A DNA stretch of 64,000 nucleotides from Candidatus Scatocola faecigallinarum. GTDB taxonomy: Bacteria; Pseudomonadota; Alphaproteobacteria; RF32; CAG-239. The notes beneath the pieces were generated by a model, which saw only the letters and a list, made by a program, of their open reading frames with translations, ran no database searches and had not been told where the DNA came from. The stretch covers positions 67,158-131,157 of the forward strand of contig DVOM01000001.1 in the NCBI GenBank assembly GCA_018713605.1, given 5' to 3'. Of the stretch, positions 59,096-64,000 are shown in pieces. Position numbers and translations under genes: made by a program. Position 1 is the stretch's first letter, and every line of letters starts with the position of its first letter.

Positions 59096-59731
59096 CTATT
59101 CGATGAAAGAACGGCTCATAATGTAAAATTCTTCCTGACTCGGCAGCACCTTCTTTTCCATCGGTTTCCAGGTATCATCGTATGCCCTGGCATCTTCCTC
59201 GGAAACTTTCATAACCGGGCTGCAGAAATAAACCTGTTTTCTACCGTCCAGAGCGCCGGGGACAAGTTCTTTGGCCATCATTGCCGCCGGATATCTTCCT
59301 TCTTCCGAACAGATGTTATACTTTTTACAGCTTTTGAATCCCCTGCCGACATAATTCGCGGGACTTCCGAACAAAACAATAACTTCATAACCAAGCGCCG
59401 ACGCTCTTTCAAATGAATGTTCCATCAGCTTTCTGCCATACCCTTTTCGCTGAAATTCGGGCGCGACGCAAATCGGCCCCAACGTCAGAATTTCCTTTTC
59501 CCGTCCGTTTTCGTCAACCAATCTGGCCCGCGTGTACATAACGCTCCCGACAATCTGTCCGTCCTCTTCAATAACCAAAGACAGTTCCGGCACAAAATCG
59601 GCATGCGAACGCATAACATGCACCAGATAATGTTCGACGCAACCGGGAACATAAATGTTATAAAAGGCCTTTCTGGTCAGTTCCTCAACAATCCCATAAT
59701 CCTTTTCCGTCTCGTTCCGTATAACTGCCAT
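59096..59731 (-). CDS. GNAT-family N-acetyltransferase
   Basis: 211 aa. QIVGSVMY...VAPEFQRKGYGRKLM acetyl-CoA motif. Confidence 0.8.
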   Translation of the reverse strand: MAVIRNETEKDYGIVEELTRKAFYNIYVPGCVEHYLVHVMRSHADFVPELSLVIEEDGQIVGSVMYTRARLVDENGREKEILTLGPICVAPEFQRKGYGRKLMEHSFERASALGYEVIVLFGSPANYVGRGFKSCKKYNICSEEGRYPAAMMAKELVPGALDGRKQVYFCSPVMKVSEEDARAYDDTWKPMEKKVLPSQEEFYIMSRSFIE

Positions 59732-59890
59732 TTCAAAATTTCTCCGATAGTCTCAAAATATTCCCACTATTATAAGCAAATAAACTAAAATCATCAACGC
59801 ATATCATTTACCGACAAAAAACCTGTTCCATTTTTCCTTTTTTCTTTTTAATATTAAACAAATAAAATTCACATGCGACGGAGCAGACAA

Positions 59891-60424
59891 ATGCAATATA
59901 CAGGGAAATATAAATCACCTTTAGGCAACATTCTCCTGGCGGCCGACGAAAAAGGACTGACCGGCCTGTGGTTTGAGGGACAGAAATATTTCGCCCGCTG
60001 CCTCGATAAAGAGCATGAAGAGAAAAACCTGCCCGTTTTCAGAGACGCCAAACGATGGCTTGACATATATTTTACGGGAAAAGAACCGAACTTCAAACTG
60101 CCGCTCCATTTTACGGGAACATCCTTCCAAAACGAAGTATGGGAAATCTTATATACAATCCCTTACGGAAAAACAACAACCTACGGCGAAATAGCCCGGC
60201 TTCTCGCCCAAAAGAAAGGACTTGCGCAAATGTCGGCTCAGGCCGTCGGCGGCGCCGTCGGACATAACGAAATATCAATTATCGTTCCCTGCCACAGAGT
60301 CGTCGGCGCTTCCGGCAGCCTTACCGGATACGCCGGCGGAATTGACAGAAAGATAAAGCTTCTCAAACTGGAAGGGGCGTTACAAGATGGCTTTTTTGTT
60401 CCGAAAAAAAGCACTGCTCCCTGA
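59891..60424 (+). CDS. ogt: Methylated-DNA-protein-cysteine methyltransferase (Ogt/MGMT)
   Basis: IPCHRVV active-site motif. TTTYGEIA. Start set at the ATG that has GGAG upstream. Confidence 0.9.
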   Translation: MQYTGKYKSPLGNILLAADEKGLTGLWFEGQKYFARCLDKEHEEKNLPVFRDAKRWLDIYFTGKEPNFKLPLHFTGTSFQNEVWEILYTIPYGKTTTYGEIARLLAQKKGLAQMSAQAVGGAVGHNEISIIVPCHRVVGASGSLTGYAGGIDRKIKLLKLEGALQDGFFVPKKSTAP

Positions 60425-60466
60425 ATATAGGCAACCGGCAGATAAAAACGACTTCAAGGAGGAACA

Positions 60467-61072
60467 ATGGGATACTGCGGATGGAACTCGGCTTCGGAAA
60501 TCGACCGGCATTACCATGATACGGAATGGGGTATCCCTGTTCACAATGACCAGAAACAGTTTGAATATCTCATGATGGAAGTCATGCAATGCGGACTGAG
60601 CTGGGAATTAATGCTCCGCAAAAGGGAAATATTCCGCCAATGTTTTGACAACTTTGATTTTGACAAAGTTGCGGCTTACGATGACCGGAACCTCGAACGC
60701 ATTATGAATACGGATGGCATGATCCGTTCGCCGCGTAAAATCAGGGCAATTATTAACAATGCGCGCTGTTTTCAAAAAGTCCGCGATTTATACGGCAGCT
60801 TTTCAAATTATTTATGGGCCTACTCTGACGGAAAAACCATTATCTATTCCAGTCACGGCGGCGGACGCATCCCCGTAAGCAACGGCTTGTCAGCAAGGAT
60901 CAGCAAGGACTTGAAAAGCAAGGGCTTTAAATATCTGGGAGCCGTAACAGTCTATTCTCATCTGCAGGCTTGCGGCATAATCAACGACCACGACACAGAC
61001 TGCCCTTGTTACAAAAAAATAAACGGCAGCTTTCCGACAATAACCAAACTTGACGATCAAGACAAATTTTAG
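60467..61072 (+). CDS. tag: DNA-3-methyladenine glycosylase I (Tag)
   Basis: CGWNSASEIDRHYHDTEWGIP. C-terminal Cys/His zinc ligands. 201 aa. Confidence 0.9.
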   Translation: MGYCGWNSASEIDRHYHDTEWGIPVHNDQKQFEYLMMEVMQCGLSWELMLRKREIFRQCFDNFDFDKVAAYDDRNLERIMNTDGMIRSPRKIRAIINNARCFQKVRDLYGSFSNYLWAYSDGKTIIYSSHGGGRIPVSNGLSARISKDLKSKGFKYLGAVTVYSHLQACGIINDHDTDCPCYKKINGSFPTITKLDDQDKF

Positions 61073-61110
61073 AAGCGCATAAGATTTCAACAATGCAACA
61101 TACTGAACTT

Positions 61111-61155
61111 ATAAAAGAAAATCAGCTCCCATGATAGGAGCTGTTAACTATGGTG
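61111..61155. repeat. 45-bp direct repeat, copy 1 (ataaaagaaaatcagctcccatgataggagctgttaactatggtg)
   Basis: 41 of 45 positions match 61998..62042. Confidence 0.85.
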
Positions 61156-61254
61156 AGCATGAGCTGGCAATTCACGAATAATTTACATAAACTTAAGAAA
61201 GACTATTTTATATTTACAATAGATGTTAATTTTAATAATTATCTGGGATTAATA

Positions 61255-61746
61255 ATGAAGTTGGAACTATTTACAAACAGCCTCGAACTTGAAGAATATT
61301 TGCGCGTTGCTACACTTTCAGTCATTTTCGATTCTGAAGAAGTGCATATAAGCAAAAAATTTAGAGAAGAAATAACTACGGCTCTAAAATACACCCAATC
61401 ATTGCCCAAAAATTTCCAGTTTAAATATTCCCCTTGGGTTCTTTATGCTTTCAGAAATGAACAAAATGAAATAGTTGGAACAGTTGTTGTCGGACAAGAA
61501 AGTCACATGGATAAAGCCGGGCAACTGGAATATGTCGCAATAAGACGGGACCAACAAAGAAAAGGATATGGAAAATGCCTGATTAAAACAATAATTGATG
61601 AGATTAAACTACACTCTAAATATAAATGTGTTACCTTAAGTACAAATAAAAAAAATGTAGGCTTTTATGAAAAATGCGGACTGACTCTTGCCGGTAAATT
61701 GAAATTTAACAAAACTTATCGCTATTTTTTAACGAAAACTATCTAG
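61255..61746 (+). CDS. GNAT-family acetyltransferase encoded in a low-GC islet
   Basis: YVAIRRDQQRKGYGKCLI is the Q/RxxGxG/A acetyl-CoA motif. Codon usage is AT-rich relative to the flanks. Confidence 0.7.
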   Translation: MKLELFTNSLELEEYLRVATLSVIFDSEEVHISKKFREEITTALKYTQSLPKNFQFKYSPWVLYAFRNEQNEIVGTVVVGQESHMDKAGQLEYVAIRRDQQRKGYGKCLIKTIIDEIKLHSKYKCVTLSTNKKNVGFYEKCGLTLAGKLKFNKTYRYFLTKTI

Positions 61747-61997
61747 TTGCAATTAAAGCAGCATGACCATTAGGATAGATATACCTATTCCAAAACTACA
61801 AAACAAGAATCTCCCTCGAACCAAATCGGAAGCCCTTATATAGCAATATCCCAAAAACACGTCCCCAAGACCCTACTGGACTCAAACTATATTAAATCAT
61901 TGAAAAATAAAGGAATATAAACAAACGAGTTCGGAAATCCCTCCCAAAATATGATTTTAAAATTTACAACATCCGAACTCGGTTAAGCCATTGATTT

Positions 61998-62042
61998 ATA
62001 AAAGAAAAACAGCTCCCGTGATGGAAGCTGTTAACTATGGTG
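61998..62042. repeat. 45-bp direct repeat, copy 2, overlapping the 3' end of tRNA-Met
   Basis: ataaaagaaaaacagctcccgtgatggaagctgttaactatggtg. Its last 5 nt are the tRNA CCA end. Confidence 0.85.
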
Positions 62043-62114
62043 GGCCCTGCCGGACTCGAACCTGCGACCAGACCGTTATGAGCGGCCTGCTCTAACCAAC
62101 TGAGCTAAGGGCCC
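62038..62114 (-). tRNA. tRNA-Met (anticodon CAU, elongator-type acceptor stem). tRNA-Ile2 (lysidine) is not excluded.
   Basis: Reverse complement GGGCCCTTAGCTCAGTTGGTTAGAGCAGGCCGCTCATAACGGTCTGGTCGCAGGTTCGAGTCCGGCAGGGCCCACCA. The G1-C72 pair is present. Confidence 0.85.
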
Positions 62115-62215
62115 GATGACAAAATGAAGATATGAAATTCATTCGCCGGAGTCAAGCATAATTAAAAAAATAATCCTTGCAAAATTTAAATTTTGCAAGG
62201 ATCAAAAAAATCACT

Positions 62216-62668
62216 TTACAACTTCAAAATCTCTCCGCCCCGGTAAACAAATCTTTCTTCAGAAAAACGCCCGGCTTCATCAGACATAGTAAATTCCTCG
62301 CCGTCTCGTATTTCCGTCCATTCAAGTTCCCCGTTGAGGTGCATTTTGCAATTATGCAAAGCCTTTGTTGAAAACGCTTTTACATAAACTTGTGTGTCGA
62401 CTTTTGTCCCGTCCGGCAATGTTCCGTTAAACGGACAAACAAAACACGGACACCCCACAAGGTCATCATCACCACGTTTCAGCCATACCAGTTTCAGATG
62501 ATACCAGGCCTTAACATTGTCATCATAAACGTCTCCGGCAACGGCCTCATCTCCAACTTCTCGATTTTTTTCTACCAGCTCGTTATCAACCATATTGGCA
62601 ACAAGCATACTCTTCATTAACGCGAAAGCCTGCTGAGCAGTTTTCACGGCTAATACTCTTTTTTCCAT
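62216..62668 (-). CDS. Hypothetical Cys-containing protein (150 aa from the internal start)
   Basis: CPCFVCPF cluster. No family recognised. Confidence 0.45.
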   Translation of the reverse strand: MEKRVLAVKTAQQAFALMKSMLVANMVDNELVEKNREVGDEAVAGDVYDDNVKAWYHLKLVWLKRGDDDLVGCPCFVCPFNGTLPDGTKVDTQVYVKAFSTKALHNCKMHLNGELEWTEIRDGEEFTMSDEAGRFSEERFVYRGGEILKL

Positions 62669-62734
62669 AATAAATTTATTTTTATAATTTGCCTGAACAG
62701 GACTATACCTTTTAAAACCTCCTGTCAATAAATA

Positions 62735-63181
62735 TTATGCCATCAAACTTTCAACAACATTGTGATTATGAGCAAAATCTTTTACCAAAAACGTCGTTAC
62801 CGGTACTTTCGAATATTTTTGAAACAATAAGCCATGTCCCAGACAAAGGCCGAAATTGACATTGAAATCCGTCCCCTGTCCGTTCAGAAAAACCGCCTGT
62901 GAAATCGGATCACAACAGGGACCTTTCATCTCGTCACAAATTTCGCAGCCGTCCAATCCGCTTTCCTTACAGTTTACGGAAACGACTTCCAACCCCTGCT
63001 CTCGCAGCAGTGCAATAAATCTGTCGGCCAGTTCCTGCACGCCTTTGCAATTTGCCACACCGATTTTCTTAAATCCAGAAATCTTTGCAAAATCAATCAG
63101 TTCCTGTAAACGCGATTTGTTTTTCGCCTGAGCGGAAACTCTCATAACATTTTTATCTTCAGCGGTATAATTACAAGTCAT
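62735..63181 (-). CDS. Cys-rich putative metal-binding protein (DUF1847-like)
   Basis: GVANCKG...CKESGLDGCEICDEMKGPCCDP...GLCLGHG cysteine pattern. Confidence 0.4.
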   Translation of the reverse strand: MTCNYTAEDKNVMRVSAQAKNKSRLQELIDFAKISGFKKIGVANCKGVQELADRFIALLREQGLEVVSVNCKESGLDGCEICDEMKGPCCDPISQAVFLNGQGTDFNVNFGLCLGHGLLFQKYSKVPVTTFLVKDFAHNHNVVESLMA

Positions 63182-63265
63182 TGGTTCAATACTCCTTTTT
63201 TATCCGTCTACATAACGCAAAAAAGCATTTGAGTCAAAACCCAAATGCTTTTTCTTGAGGGAACC

Positions 63266-63673
63266 TCATTCAACAAGCGCAAAATGTCTCAAAGCCGGCG
63301 ACAAATTTTCGTCTCCGGAACATTGTCCGAGAAACAAAGCGACGACGTCCCGCTGTTCACGGCTTATATCACTTTTTTTCATGTTTTTCAACCAACGGAC
63401 AATTTCCGTTTCAAAATCAAAAAAAATGTCATGAAAAGCTTCCAATACCGGATTAAAAGCGTTAACCCAGCGTGATGCTTCGGCCCTGACAAAATCATCT
63501 CTTACTTCGTCAAATTCGCGGCGATACGCCTCATATTGTCTGAAAACGAGAGCAAAAGCCTCCAACATTCGGCCAATCGGCAGCTCAATTTCGCCGTCCT
63601 TGATTAAAATTCCCAAACGCAGCGCGGATACCGGACTTCGGCGCGCTTCTGCAAATAATTTCTCAATATCCAT
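63266..63673 (-). CDS. Hypothetical protein (135 aa)
   Basis: Clean ORF co-directional with the neighbouring genes. No motif recognised. Confidence 0.45.
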   Translation of the reverse strand: MDIEKLFAEARRSPVSALRLGILIKDGEIELPIGRMLEAFALVFRQYEAYRREFDEVRDDFVRAEASRWVNAFNPVLEAFHDIFFDFETEIVRWLKNMKKSDISREQRDVVALFLGQCSGDENLSPALRHFALVE

Positions 63674-63744
63674 AATTTATCTAGTATTATAAATTTTTAA
63701 GAACCGTAATATACGTTTGCAAACGCTTTCTGTCAAACGTTTCC

Positions 63745-63771
63745 TGAAAAAAAGCCCCTCGGTTGAGGGGC
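63745..63771 (-). terminator. Rho-independent terminator downstream of the sigma-factor gene
   Basis: gcccctc-ggtt-gaggggc, preceded on the + strand by aaaaaaa, which is a minus-strand T-run. Confidence 0.75.
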
Positions 63772-63777
63772 TTTCGG

Positions 63778-64000
63778 CTAATTGTCCAGGAATGAACGCA
63801 ACTTGCGCGACCGAGACGGATGCTTCAGTTTTCGCAAAGCCTTGGCCTCAATCTGACGAATACGCTCGCGCGTAACGTTAAACTGCTGTCCAACCTCTTC
63901 CAGCGTATGATCGGTATTCATACCGATACCGAAACGCATACGCAGAACACGTTCCTCACGCGGCGTCAGCGAAGACAAAATACGCGTGCAGGTTTCCTTC
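63778..64000 (-). CDS. rpoD: RNA polymerase sigma-70 family factor (RpoD-like), C-terminal region 4 only; the gene continues beyond the window
   Basis: [40 protein letters not shown] matches the RpoD C-terminus. Confidence 0.65.
   Translation of the reverse strand, partial: KETCTRILSSLTPREERVLRMRFGIGMNTDHTLEEVGQQFNVTRERIRQIEAKALRKLKHPSRSRKLRSFLDN

Overview
This 64 kb window looks like chromosomal DNA from an alphaproteobacterium at about 50% GC. Three lines of evidence support that placement. The 365-aa DNA methyltransferase at 26935..28032 is co-linear over its whole length, C-terminal extension included, with the cell-cycle regulated GANTC adenine methyltransferase CcrM. It sits next to rnhB, as in other Alphaproteobacteria. 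A flgB-flgC-fliE operon lies next to a small FlhB C-terminal-domain protein. The organism is probably anaerobic, because a glycyl radical enzyme (GRE) and its activase are present. Coding density is high. I call about 65 CDS and three tRNAs: Ser-UGA, Leu-GAG and Met-CAU. Most of the first 32 kb are housekeeping genes: mltB, an MFS sugar porter, mutL, pgi, a pair of M16 peptidases, lspA, mgtE, rsmB, pmbA/tldD, rlmE, two Ppx/GppA paralogs, ccrM, rnhB and rdgB. From about 32.9 kb the window becomes accessory. It holds two surface-glycan loci, each with its own glf (UDP-galactopyranose mutase) and a DUF4422 putative glycosyltransferase. Locus 1 (32.9-41.2 kb) also carries an ABC exporter, a radical SAM protein, a GT2 and a methyltransferase-like protein. 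Locus 2 (50.4-58.2 kb) also carries a GRE with its activating enzyme, a DxD glycosyltransferase and an epimerase. The most striking feature is at the head of locus 2. A 145-bp segment is bounded by perfect 17-bp inverted repeats (58198..58214 and 58326..58342). It lies between an intact small serine invertase gene and a paralogous recombinase-like gene whose catalytic serine and arginine are replaced. The degenerate gene is the first gene of the glycan operon. This architecture matches an invertible-promoter phase-variation switch of the Bacteroides Mpi type. It appears here in an alphaproteobacterium and is coupled to a catalytically dead recombinase paralog. Other accessory content includes two pairs of tandem paralogous proteins of unknown function, one of them inserted between ccrM and rnhB. 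There is an acidic AT-hook protein, and a low-GC GNAT islet flanked by 45-bp direct repeats next to tRNA-Met. The window also carries a DNA alkylation-repair set (mpg, ogt, tag). No CRISPR array or rRNA was seen.
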